From positions 124,001 through 188,000 of the forward strand of contig CDRNVI010000083.1 of NCBI GenBank assembly GCA_977017575.1: a stretch of DNA of 64,000 nt. The letters run 5' to 3'. This DNA comes from Paramoeba atlantica. Its lineage: Eukaryota; Protista; Discosea. Of this stretch, positions 44,104-55,252 are shown in pieces; the stretch's first letter is position 1; each line of letters begins with the position of its first letter. A program made the translations under genes and the position numbers. Below the pieces are notes generated by a model. The model did not search any database. It saw only the letters and a list, made by a program, of their open reading frames with translations, and was not told the origin of the DNA.

Positions 44104-45344
44104 TTTCGCGGAAACTTTAATAAAGCAAAATAAACTTTATTTAATAAAGTCTTCTTTTGCGAATAAAGTTACTATACAGTACTTTATTGACTTTATTTTA
44201 CTATGAAACTTTAAAAAACTTTATTTTTTCAAAAAAAGCGACAGAATACGGCTGCCTAGTGGAACAGTGGACTTTACTGACGGGTGGCGTGGTAAAAAAT
44301 CTGGCGGGGCAAAAAGCCATTTTGCGTAGACTTTCCCAAGGTCTAGAATTTCATTTGTGTTGGCCATACGCATGATGGCTCCCATACAAATTTGCAACGA
44401 ATGAACGAAGCAAACGGTGTAGGCGATTCCGTTTTCTTCTGCAGTCATGATCAAGCTCTTCCTTGATTCCTGCTCCGGCATCTGACACTAGGTGCGTAGC
44501 AAAAATTCTCTCGGAACGAAGTTCCACTAAAACTTGTTCAAGTAAACTTTTGAAGGAGGGGGCATCAATGGAGAACATTGGCTTAATAGTCCAACACATT
44601 GATGTGCCTTTGCACACTAGGGTCACGGCACACATTGTACGATGATGGATCGTTGAAGTATCCATACATACGCTCACATCTGAAAATTTGAAACCGAATT
44701 CGATGCATGTCTTTGTTCGCGCTTGCCCCGCGTACTCTATAATTAGGTCGTTCATTTTTTCTCTTCGAGGCGGAGTGGGGCATAAACCTCGCATGATTTT
44801 ATTTCGAAAAAGCGGATGCTCAAGAGCTGAGGTTGGGATCCCACACTGTGATTTCCAGATAACCATATCTTTATGATGAAGCAATCTTATCTACAATGGA
44901 GCATCTCTGACAATGAAGGCAAAGAGTGATCCCAAAGAGTGATCCTCAAAGACAATGAAGCATTTTTGAGATGAAGCAGCCTGTGGCGATATATTAATGG
45001 TTGGGTTTTCACGGCGGCGCTTTTCTTGTTGTTCCCTAGCCCAGACGTCGTAACTTTTACCATGTTTTAGCAGGTGTTTTTCTGGGGCCATATAGTCGGT
45101 CTGCAGACCTCTGGCGATCAAAAAGCGTTTACGTCCACCTTCAGGACACAACTTACACTCTGCTACTTGTTTGCCTCCTTCAGCGCTCTTCATTTCAACG
45201 AAAAATTCCTTGCAGAACTTTCCACGGGTGAGTTTATCCTTAAAAAGTGAAAGGGAAAAATAAAGTAAAATAAAGTTTTTTTTTAAGAAAATAAAGTTAC
45301 TATAAAGTACTTTATTTAAAGTTTTAAAGTTTCCGCGAACCCTG
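44104..45344 (-). mobile_element. hAT element remnant with BED zinc finger
   Basis: BED-like CKLC...HLLKH (44891..45193); VSVCMDTST, LVSDAG and VCFVHSLQ (CxxH). TIR CAGGGTTCGCGGAAACTTTAA at 45344, degenerate at the other end. Confidence 0.7.
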
Positions 45345-45792
45345 CTTTTCCCAACGAATCGTGAAGATTTTAGATGAGTGATCGCTTCTGTACTGTAGGG
45401 TCGAAAAACTAAAAGGGGAGCAACGCAATGTATTTTTTGAGGACTTTAAAGAGTTTTCCAACGCGTGTGAAAATTGTGTTGGAGAAAAAAGTTGGAAATT
45501 GTGGATACTAACTTTTTTTTGTTCCAGAAAAAAAACTTGCCCTTTCTACGGTATTTAGGAAAATGCCTATACCCGGAAACTACGTAAAACGCAATGTCAC
45601 ATGACATGTAGCTCTGCGAGGGCTCTCGAATGCGGTGCTACTTTCCAAAACTGGCTGAGTTTTACGAATTTTGACCCCCCATATTTTCGTGCACCCCTTG
45701 TATAAGAGGAAGTCGTAAAACGGCAATGTAAGTGCGGTCAACAGCCTGGGTGCCATACACTTCAGCAATAAAAATTGAGCAATGCTCTAAAA

Positions 45793-46080
45793 TTATGAAA
45801 TCCCCCTTTCTTCATCCATTTCACGTTGAATTCGCTCTGCTCTCTCTGAGGTCTTTTTCTGATCCTCTGTCATCACGTCGTATGGGTTTCCTCGGAGACG
45901 ATATTTCGGATTGTTCGCATTTAGTTTACATATCACCCAATTTTTGCGTTCCAAAAAGCATTCTGGAGCCGATATACATTCCTCCAGATCTTGCTTCTCT
46001 GTGTAACACTGACTTTGTATGATACATTTCATAAAAGATTCTTTGGCCTTCCAACACGCTCGTTTTGTTTCAGGCATCAA
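45793..46080 (-). CDS. COA5: Cytochrome c oxidase assembly factor COA5/PET191-like
   Basis: Twin Cx9C layout (CWKAKESFMKC ... CFLERKNWVIC), central SQC..ECI and C-terminal RLRGN. Confidence 0.75.
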   Translation of the reverse strand: MMPETKRACWKAKESFMKCIIQSQCYTEKQDLEECISAPECFLERKNWVICKLNANNPKYRLRGNPYDVMTEDQKKTSERAERIQREMDEERGIS

Positions 46081-47378
46081 AGTGAAGGCATGTACAGTAA
46101 AAAGGACTGGACGAATAATTCTTCAGGTTAGTCTATAAAAAAGGGAGTAAAAAAGTAAAAAAATGGTAATTGCCTATTCATATTTTACCTAAAAAAGATA
46201 TTACGTTGGTTGTATAAAGTCATTAGAGTGCTGCTCTACCCTCTATTATGAAAAGAAGTAAAAAACGTAGAAGGTAAAAAAGAAATATAGAAGGTAAAAA
46301 ATGTTAGAAAAACACGCTTTTTTATTAAACTTCGTGGAGGCCCTGCACTGCAGGGAGATAATATTTCTTTTCAAAGAGAATCTGCTACATCTGTTGCTTC
46401 GCATTTTCCTCGCCCCTTTATGCCTGGATTCCATAAAACCAGTTTCGTCATGTCATTCGGTGAAACTCGTGGCCGTCATGGCAGTAATAATCGACCCAAT
46501 CTTGTATGTCAATCTTGCATGGTGTAGCCGAATCTTGCACGGAGCGGGACAGCTGCCCACCTTCTGAAACGAGACAACAGTATGGATTTTCATGCCCAGC
46601 TGGCCACCTCCTGAAAATGTGATCAGCTGACTACCCTACGAAAAAGTAGCCAGTTGACCAACCCCTTGAGAACAAGATGAAGAAGGACACCGGTTGCCCC
46701 AGCTGGCCACTTTTTCAGAGGGTGGTCAGCTGACCACTTTTTCGTGGGGTAGGGCACGAAGCGGAAGTTATTTTGGGCGAAAGTATGAAGGGGAGCGCTA
46801 ATTCATCGTCTGGAGTATAAGGATGACACTACTATCTATTGCTTCACCCACGATTCGATGAATAAGAGCCCGCGTTTGTGAACAGTGCATTTAACCGAGT
46901 AAACTGCCGGTGACCCAAATATTTTTTTTTATTTTTAAAATCATGCCCCCCGCGTTTAAGCGCACCTCGTTTTCCGTGAAAAGTGCGCTTAAACGGGGGG
47001 GGTCTGACCGGGTGCGCTTAAGGGGAGAGGGGACAGTACATCAAAATTAATTGCGAATAACAAAAAAATGCGAGTACTATCCGTACAGTTGGTTTAAGGG
47101 AGTTAGATGCTCACCGTATCTCCACCAATTTAGGTACTGAATCCAAACAAGATAATGATGTGAGACAAGACAACGATGCCCAAATAATCGCAAACAGAGA
47201 AAATAAACTGTTAGAAAATAGTGGATATTCATGAAATTTATTCATATAAACATGTTTTTATGATAAAAACATATTTTCACTCGCGTTTTTATTCGCCAAA
47301 CACTACTCATTAGATATGATGAATCACATCCTTAGATGGCCCCTTTCCCCCAAAATAAAAAGCTTTTTTGAATTAAAC

Positions 47379-48611
47379 TTAACTTGCAGCAGAGTCTTGT
47401 ACCACCGTACGAAGCTGTCGAATCCACTGCTGCAACTGATCCCGTGTACCTTGCAGATCTACCCCGCCGCTGGCTTCAAATCGTCGAGCCACCACCGTTT
47501 TACGCACCTCATCCATACAGTGCGAGCCACGATGAAACACAGCCTCACGTATCACTTTGTGTCCCATCACGGTCTCATATGCCGTGTCAACGGGAATCTC
47601 ACACTTCCCGGTGAGACGCTCAGCAAGCTCCACGACATTCCACTCATTACGCCCACTGGTGCGCAATAATTCCGCCACCCCCAAATCCCGGGCCAACATG
47701 TCCAGCCCGGCTACTGGGAGAAAACCCCAAAGCAGTGCGGGGCGTGAGGGTTTCGCCACGGATTCCAGCCCGGGGCATTCCTCCAGGTAGCGCTCCCACC
47801 CCCCGTAGTCCCCGCACAGGATCATGTGCCGCAGTACCGTGAGCGCGGAGTGCACCCCGTCGTGTGTTGTGTTATTCGTCCCTCCCGCAGGGGTCACACC
47901 CCGACTCACCACCACCTCCGAGGCCCCGGAGTGTACCAACGCGTGGAGTGGGGCCACGGCGAACCGGCGCTGGGTGACGTACTCACGGAGCAACGACGGC
48001 AGCAGCTCACGCAGCACGTGACACAGCAGCCGGTACTCGTCGGTGGTACATCCTGTGAAGAGACCAAGGTGGGGGGTGGGAGGGGTCTCGGTGAGGGGGG
48101 GGAGGGGGTCGTGGGGGGTCTCGGGACTGCGGTAGGGGTTGGCGTGACAGAAGCAACGTAGGTAACTCCAGCACAGCGCCAGGCGTGCTTCGGGTGCCCA
48201 GCGGGGACTGATTGGAGAGGTGGAATTAGGATCGGTGTCGGTTCGAGAGGCTCGGGGGGGAGGGGCCTGGCCTCGTACCTCCCCTTTCAAAAGTGAACTC
48301 AGCCACGCTCGTAGTGCAGGGCGACGTGCAGGGATTGTGTCACATGGTAAGGCTCGAGAAGGGTGAAACAGTGTCGCGGCTAGAGAGTTGCCCGTGGCGT
48401 CGTCGCTTAACAAACTGTTCAACGTGTCTTTATTAAGTAATGCAGGGGGTAGAATTAGAGTAAGCGTTGTTTTGTCTTCCGCCGAGAGGCTTGAGTCTCC
48501 GAGAAGCGTCTGAGTGCGCTTTTGCAGCTGGGTGAAAGGAACACCTTCATGGATTCCTGGAGTGTATTCACAAATAGTTTGCTGCAATTCTGCAAGAAGT
48601 TCAGCAGACAT
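47379..48611 (-). CDS. Hypothetical protein (410 aa)
   Basis: Open frame on the host-gene strand. No family recognised. Confidence 0.7.
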   Translation of the reverse strand: MSAELLAELQQTICEYTPGIHEGVPFTQLQKRTQTLLGDSSLSAEDKTTLTLILPPALLNKDTLNSLLSDDATGNSLAATLFHPSRALPCDTIPARRPALRAWLSSLLKGEVRGQAPPPRASRTDTDPNSTSPISPRWAPEARLALCWSYLRCFCHANPYRSPETPHDPLPPLTETPPTPHLGLFTGCTTDEYRLLCHVLRELLPSLLREYVTQRRFAVAPLHALVHSGASEVVVSRGVTPAGGTNNTTHDGVHSALTVLRHMILCGDYGGWERYLEECPGLESVAKPSRPALLWGFLPVAGLDMLARDLGVAELLRTSGRNEWNVVELAERLTGKCEIPVDTAYETVMGHKVIREAVFHRGSHCMDEVRKTVVARRFEASGGVDLQGTRDQLQQWIRQLRTVVQDSAAS

Positions 48612-49644
48612 TAAAAATTGAACCGTTTATGGTAAATATGCTGTTTAAGAACAATTTAATCCACTGGAAAACTACGAATCCTGCTTCTTGTATCGCCCTG
48701 GCGTTGAACTGTAATAATTCAACGCTAGGCCGACACATAAGTAAAACATAATCATAATTCACCTCCCAGCTTAATTCCCCTTTAAACGAGTTTGAAGCCA
48801 GCGACATCTGTTGCATGCTTGAAGAAAGCACCCCGATAATCACTGAGCCCTCTAGCTGGTTCCCATTAAAAAAATACGCATTCCCTTAGGAAGCGTGTGA
48901 AGGGCAATTTTTCCTGTGAACTGATGGTTTTCCAGGTCCAAAGTTATCAACGAAGGGGGGAGTGAGGTGAGATCCAAATGTCCTTGGAATTTGTTGTAAG
49001 CCACGTTCAGCGCTACCAGTGTCCGGGGCAGCTTCTCTGCCTGTAACGGACCTTCAAGGTGGTTATTATGGAAATCAATATTCTCAGTGCCTTTCGGGAA
49101 AGGTTCCCACGGCACGTCACCGGAGAACCGATTTCGGCCCATTTTCACGAGCTCGAGATTGGGGGGCAATTGTGTTCAGCGAGGCCACCGGCACACCCGT
49201 TTTCCGACACCCGTAACGACCGCAGCGTTCCGGGGAGTACCCCAAATGTGAAGTTTCCCTGCAGCTTGAGATCATCCCACAGAAGTCGTACCACCTGCCG
49301 GTTGGAGTCACAAGAAATGCCTCCCCAACTGCATACGTGAGGCTTTCTCCAGCCAAATCCCCCGCTTTTTGGGTTCATAGATCCAACTTCCGGGACGATT
49401 TTGTACGTGCTCGACAAACCGTTCGAGCATCTCCTGGTGTGAGAGCAACGACTTTGCCACGTCGCAGACGCGAGGAGCGGGGGGCTTGGTCTTCTGCTCC
49501 AGAAAGGAAATAATGAATTTGGAATATGACACTTTGCATTGTAGAAAATAAAGAAAATGTGCTAACTGTGGAACACTGTCTTCTCAAAAGTTTGTTCTTA
49601 GAACTTGTAGTACGGTGAAAACCTGCGAGAGAGGACCAAAACAA
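48601..49644 (-). pseudogene. Frameshifted LRR gene, paralogous to 1247..1957
   Basis: Pieces in successive frames: VCSWGGISCDSNRQV cap, then LRSLRVSEN, IDFHNNHLEG, LNVAYNKFQG and LDLENHQFTG. Confidence 0.75.
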
Positions 49645-49876
49645 CCTTCTTTACAGTTAAACGCTCAAATCGCTGTCATAACAACGCTTGATTCCGAAAT
49701 GAGACTAGAAAAAACAGAACGAAAATACCCTTCAAACAAGCAAACGTCGCGCCAAAAGACGCGCTAGATTTCTAGAAAGATGAAAAAATTGCTCACGTAC
49801 TCGTAACGTGACACATTGGCAAGAAAAAAACTAGCCCGTAGAAGTCCAAAAGAGCTTTCGCTTCAAGAAAAGGTGA

Positions 49877-52429
49877 CTACAAATCAATCATAGAAAAAAT
49901 ACATTGCTGCTCGTGCGGAATAATATCCTCTCGCAGTGGAGAATCATAATTTAATGCTTTATTCGCCCACACCTTCTCACCATTTTCGCCCTCCTCGTCA
50001 GAGATTTCCCTCGTGGGAGACTCTTGCACTGGAACGAAACCTCGAGATGAACGAACGGCCAAACTAGCCTTCGAGATAAGCTCATAGTAATTTCTATCCG
50101 TAGGATTTTTAGTTTCTGGTATTCCGTCAGTTACCTCAGAAAAGGGCTGACGCTTTTTATTCAGGAAATGATCGATACCAGGTTTTCGTCTTCGGCGTTT
50201 CGCGCGAATCTTTCTCGGCGAGGATGGTAAAGGCTTCTGTGATATCAATGTCATCCCAGTCAAAAGATTTTCCCCATGCCTTCCTTCCTGTACTGTGCAG
50301 CGCTTCGTTGCTTTGAGAGGGGACTTTTTTTGAGGGTTAGCTAAGGGAGCCGACAAGCTTTTACGCTCTTCATTCTGAAGAATAGTTTTTGACTCACTTC
50401 TGTTACTAGATGAAGGAAATTGCTCCCATATTCTTGATTTCAATGACTCATTGATGCATTCATTTTCTGTGTCATAAGGAGTAAGGGTTGATGGCACTCG
50501 TTCCGTTGACAATTCAATTACATCACACGCACTCTCGAACACAGGAGTTGTAGGATAAGCTGAGGAGTGGGAAGAGAGCAAGTTTTTCGTAGTACAGTCG
50601 TCGCTCATCTCATCCGAAATTGCGTTCGTTTGAAGATTTGGTACTGGAACATAGTAGGAGTTATACTCGCCGATATTGCAGTGGTAGGGTAAGATATCCT
50701 CATACTCAACGGTCACATCTTCAGTAGTAGAGATTCGATCGGTTTTATGAATCGAGATAGGAGGATTAACTTCGCATGATGGAATCTCAGAAAAATAGAT
50801 TGCCTTGTTCGCCACAGGAAGGTGTAGCAAGACAAGCTTAGATGCTTCAAGACAACCAAGCTCCTTCCACCCTTCCGAGAGAGTACGTACAAATATGGGA
50901 ATCTGTTTGTTTTTAGCCCGAGCTCCCAAGTCCTTATTGCGAGAGGACAACTGTAGTACCGAAGATGCTGATCTGAAGACATTTTTTGCTTCTTTGCTTG
51001 TTCTCTTTTTTCCTTTTTTCGGCCTCATAGCATCTGGACTATGAACGGCGTCAGTGCATCTCAGGCACTCGTGGAAAATACTGTGTTTCGAAGTCACACC
51101 AAAGCTAGTCCCTACTTGACACTTGTACGTCCCTTCCATAGACAAACAAGGACCACTACAACGTATCACTTGCAGAAGATTAATAAAAGATGAATGCTTA
51201 TCTTTAGCAGCTGGTACCACCTCGTGCATTGAAAACGACCTCCACGACGGAACTAAAGCACATGAGTCCGACGAGGAAGGCGGAGACTCTGAAAAAAATC
51301 CGAATTTAGAATAGCAGGTAGCATTTTTTGACGACTTCTTAGGATAAAGTCCACTTATTCTTTTGGGTCTGATACCCGTTGACCACCGTTTGAATAACGA
51401 CATATTCTTATCTAACGATTCTTTGCTACCCGCGCATTCCAGTCTTTCCATTTCATCTGCACTATTCGCTTCATAATTGATTATTTCTTGTTGTAGATCA
51501 GCCCCATGACAGTAACTTGGAGATTTCTCACTCGCACTGGACAGCGCACCGTACGGCTGATTGGCAACGATAAACGATGGAAACGGTTGCGACCCACTTT
51601 CTTGCTGACACTCCCAGTAGTGAAGTGAATAGGGAAGTTTCTCTGTGTCTCTTAATGGGGTCGTTGTGTCGCGCAGTTCTTCTTCGCTGACACGTTTTAG
51701 GGAGAGTTTGGGATAAGATTTATACTCAGTATGCTGTACGTTACGTGACGACCGAATTCCATACCCTTGACTCGTGAGTTGAAGAATACCTTCCTTATTT
51801 TGCGCACGCTGCTCTTTCAAGAGGGATAAAAAGTTATCTATGGAAGAAGTGGTGGGAGTGCCCTCCATTTCAACAGAGTAAGTAGTGTTTTCATATGAAG
51901 AAAATGTACCCAAGGAGGAGTTCACACTTACCTCATCTTTCTCCTTCGCCACAGCTTGTTGATCGGCCTGCTGTGGCATTGCATGTTTCTCAAAGCTCGC
52001 CCAAAGAGCCCCTAGAATCGTTTCCGTTTGATTGACATTGGAGAAGAGAGAATTGGGGCACGGCGACTTTGGCCATCCCTCCCAGTCCAGCGACTCCTCC
52101 TCCGAAGTACCACTGGAAAGATCAAAATCGGAGTCTTTGCTGAAATCCACAATGTGTGCTTCCATGGGTATGGGAGGTGTAGGTGTGGGAGGTCTTAGTG
52201 GTGTCTTTTTCTTTTCATTTCCGTTGGGCGCTCTAGCACTACGAACAGGGACAAAAGTAGGAAAAGAAAAGCCCACGGTCTGTGAGGTTAACTTACTAAT
52301 TTTCCATTGAGTGCTTGCAACAAAAGCCACGAATAGGAGCTGGGAGACAATCTGTGGTAGATAACTTTTCTTCGGTTTGTGTTCGCTCATTAGCATACGA
52401 TTTATCGTATGTGACAGCAACACTCTCAA
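49877..52429 (-). CDS. Ser-rich low-complexity hypothetical protein
   Basis: 850-aa open frame. True start may be the internal MEAHIVDF, which follows a C-rich tract. Confidence 0.7.
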   Translation of the reverse strand: MRVLLSHTINRMLMSEHKPKKSYLPQIVSQLLFVAFVASTQWKISKLTSQTVGFSFPTFVPVRSARAPNGNEKKKTPLRPPTPTPPIPMEAHIVDFSKDSDFDLSSGTSEEESLDWEGWPKSPCPNSLFSNVNQTETILGALWASFEKHAMPQQADQQAVAKEKDEVSVNSSLGTFSSYENTTYSVEMEGTPTTSSIDNFLSLLKEQRAQNKEGILQLTSQGYGIRSSRNVQHTEYKSYPKLSLKRVSEEELRDTTTPLRDTEKLPYSLHYWECQQESGSQPFPSFIVANQPYGALSSASEKSPSYCHGADLQQEIINYEANSADEMERLECAGSKESLDKNMSLFKRWSTGIRPKRISGLYPKKSSKNATCYSKFGFFSESPPSSSDSCALVPSWRSFSMHEVVPAAKDKHSSFINLLQVIRCSGPCLSMEGTYKCQVGTSFGVTSKHSIFHECLRCTDAVHSPDAMRPKKGKKRTSKEAKNVFRSASSVLQLSSRNKDLGARAKNKQIPIFVRTLSEGWKELGCLEASKLVLLHLPVANKAIYFSEIPSCEVNPPISIHKTDRISTTEDVTVEYEDILPYHCNIGEYNSYYVPVPNLQTNAISDEMSDDCTTKNLLSSHSSAYPTTPVFESACDVIELSTERVPSTLTPYDTENECINESLKSRIWEQFPSSSNRSESKTILQNEERKSLSAPLANPQKKSPLKATKRCTVQEGRHGENLLTGMTLISQKPLPSSPRKIRAKRRRRKPGIDHFLNKKRQPFSEVTDGIPETKNPTDRNYYELISKASLAVRSSRGFVPVQESPTREISDEEGENGEKVWANKALNYDSPLREDIIPHEQQCIFSMIDL

Positions 52430-52826
52430 TGGATGTGAAGAGGTGTTAGCAAACGTGCGGAAAAAGCAATTTTTAGTTTGAGTACCTTTAGAAAATGAAG
52501 CTGGTTTCTAAGCCTCTAGAGATAAATAATTTGTATGTACTTTTTTGAACAGTTTGTTAAAATTACTGGATGCGCAATAAAACCCTATCAATAGTACTTT
52601 TTCATGACCCAATTATGGTTCTCCATTAACTGATTTCTTCTTTTTTCAAACAGTTCATGAAATACCTTCGGGAATTATGGTGCAGTCGTAACACGTAACT
52701 TATCTACGGATTTTACACTTACAGTAGTTGTTTCGTATTTCAAACTTTCTATTTTCTCACGACGTTTTTAGTGAGATTAGAATACTAATTTTCAGAGTAG
52801 ATCAGAGTACTAATTTTCGTTTAAAA

Positions 52827-54692
52827 CTATCGCTTCGTCATACAACGTGGTAACGGAAGCTTTGGTAAAATTCGACCCGAAGTGCCTTTCTCTACATTTT
52901 TATTTTCCTTTGACAACTCAGGTAAACTTGTGGGCGATTGTATCACATATTGCACTGCAGCCTCCAACTCCCACATATTTTGAGCAGGAAACGGGATCCA
53001 CCTCGCTAAGTCGTGTAAATCACTGAAAAACGCGTAAGCAGGATGGTAGGAGGCACGGAAGGAACGATCTGGATTATAGAGCTCCGGATCTATAGCCTCT
53101 CCCCTGGCCTGAGCTTGTTGCATGGCTTCTGTGACGCGAGTCCGGTGTCGTGCCTCGTCACTGGTAAAGTTGTGAAACGCCATACGAACAAAATCCAGCA
53201 ACAACACCCCCAGCCATGTCATATCCCGGAGAGGGGTCTTTCCCTCACTCGAGGCCTTGGACACCGTAGGAAGCGCTGCCTTTAACGCGAGGATGACTTG
53301 ACAAAGATACCCGGCAAAATCCGGGTGCGCCGCGCCCTGTTGTTTAATCTGATTGTGAACCCACGCAATTTGGTTCGACGGTGGCATTTGTGGTACACTG
53401 GGAAGTGCAATCGCGGAGGAGTGTTGTTGGATCGCCTCAGAGGCAAGGTGTAGACGCCCCAGCCCCTGGGTAGACTCCACGCCCTCCCCCGTACTCATCT
53501 CCCCATGTTCCATTGTGGACGCTGCGTTGGATAGCAACGTCCCACGCTGTCGAACCCACTGCGGGGCTACGGGGGCTGTGATGGGAAACTGCTGCCGTAC
53601 GCTTCGGAGGTCCGGAAAGTGTACGGAGGTGCGGAGCTCACGTTCCAGCTCATTCCGTGGCGCGCGCTGGAGGATACGAACCCGGTAGGCCGCACTTCGC
53701 TCGTTTAGGTAATCCTCCAGTGGGGTGTGGGCGAAGTATTCCACCCAGTGGCGGGTGGCAGCGTGCGTATCGCAGGGGTCGTACCCGAATTGGGCGGAGA
53801 ACACGTCGAATCGGGGATCACTGGGGGGAGTTAACACGGGGTAGCCCCCGGGGCGGGTTCGTGTCCCTGGGGTGTGGTGAACCGCCCGGTACTGCGGCTT
53901 CTCCCCGGGACAGTAGTAACACCGACGGCGGAAATGACGGTTGAGTGTGGCACAGTGGGGACAGCGCCAGTCCCCTGGGCGGGCCTCCGGAGGCAGCGTA
54001 CCTTCCTCCCCCGCGGGGTGCAGTCTTGGGCACGGATTCTCCTCGCACTTCCCGGCGAGATAGCGAAAGCACGGCATGGCGTACTCGTCCAGGCCTTCTG
54101 CCTCAGTGGCCTCGGCGGCGGAGAGTGCCCAGAGCGTCTCCTCCCGGGCTTGTCGCTCGGCGTACTCCGCAGGGTGGGCGTGACGCCAGAGACGCTTCCG
54201 ACGGGCCGCGTTGACGTTGGTCAGCACGTCCGGGTCAAACACCCCCACCCAGCGATCCACAAGGAGCTCGTACTTGGGGGACTCCGTGTCGTGCTCCCAG
54301 GGGATCGCCTCCAGGGCAAGTTCTGGGAGGTCGGCCTGGAGAAACACCTTGAACTCCGCGCCGTGCTGCTTGGAGAGGTAGTCCAGCACGTACCACAGCG
54401 CACGGGTTCGGTCGAGGGAGACAAGGGGGCGGGTGTCCTCCGTAGAGGGTACGGCCGCAGGGGGTGGGGTATCTCCCGAGGGGCAGGACTCCTTGAGATG
54501 TCGTTTTAAGGCCGCGGAGGCGAGCTCCGGGTTGTGTACCTCGATGGCGTTCTGGGCGACAGTGACAATATCTTGTTGTGAGGGCCATGAGAGCTGGTGC
54601 AGGACTTGACAAAAAAGGCATAACCGACGTAGGGTGTCGTTGTCATACTCCTGTGGTGGGGTAAAGTACTCGGAACCGCCGAAGACTTGCAT
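52827..54692 (-). CDS. CID-like + CCCH + RanBP2 zinc-finger protein (likely RNA-binding)
   Basis: LWYVLDYLSK (CID-like), CFRYLAGKCEENPCPRLH (CCCH) and GDWRCPHCATLN...RRCYYC (RanBP2). Confidence 0.8.
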   Translation of the reverse strand: MQVFGGSEYFTPPQEYDNDTLRRLCLFCQVLHQLSWPSQQDIVTVAQNAIEVHNPELASAALKRHLKESCPSGDTPPPAAVPSTEDTRPLVSLDRTRALWYVLDYLSKQHGAEFKVFLQADLPELALEAIPWEHDTESPKYELLVDRWVGVFDPDVLTNVNAARRKRLWRHAHPAEYAERQAREETLWALSAAEATEAEGLDEYAMPCFRYLAGKCEENPCPRLHPAGEEGTLPPEARPGDWRCPHCATLNRHFRRRCYYCPGEKPQYRAVHHTPGTRTRPGGYPVLTPPSDPRFDVFSAQFGYDPCDTHAATRHWVEYFAHTPLEDYLNERSAAYRVRILQRAPRNELERELRTSVHFPDLRSVRQQFPITAPVAPQWVRQRGTLLSNAASTMEHGEMSTGEGVESTQGLGRLHLASEAIQQHSSAIALPSVPQMPPSNQIAWVHNQIKQQGAAHPDFAGYLCQVILALKAALPTVSKASSEGKTPLRDMTWLGVLLLDFVRMAFHNFTSDEARHRTRVTEAMQQAQARGEAIDPELYNPDRSFRASYHPAYAFFSDLHDLARWIPFPAQNMWELEAAVQYVIQSPTSLPELSKENKNVEKGTSGRILPKLPLPRCMTKR

Positions 54693-55252
54693 GGAAAAGT
54701 ATGGATGTAGAAAAATGGATGTCTAGTGGTGAAATAAGAGGTGAGTGCATCCAAAAACCTAACATACACATTTCTTTTTATATTGTCGTACCAATTAAAG
54801 CGATTAAACTCTATTTTATGGAGTGTAATAAACCATACTTTGGGCAAACTTCTTCTCTTCGAATGCCCTGGTATACATTGTATATCACAGTGAAAAAGCG
54901 GACGAGAATCGCATGAAGTGAAATACTCTGGAATTCGACTTGGCAACATTTCTAAACGCGATTCCATCTATTCACAGTATGCTTTTCCACCTCGTCTATG
55001 CGTGTTCTGGGTGGCTCACTATGTATAGTATCGTATAGGCTCAAAAATCAAGCCGTAAATCAAACAGTAAAAAATACGGATCACATTGCCGTGAACCTAT
55101 GTATAGCCAATCCCATACCTATGTATATCCATCACTTCCTTTTTTTTCCAAATCTGCCATGCATATAAAAAATCTATTCATAAATGACCGAAAAAACAAA
55201 AACGAACACGCAAACCGTTATTCCCTTTCTGAATTTTAGCCCTGTCTAACAA

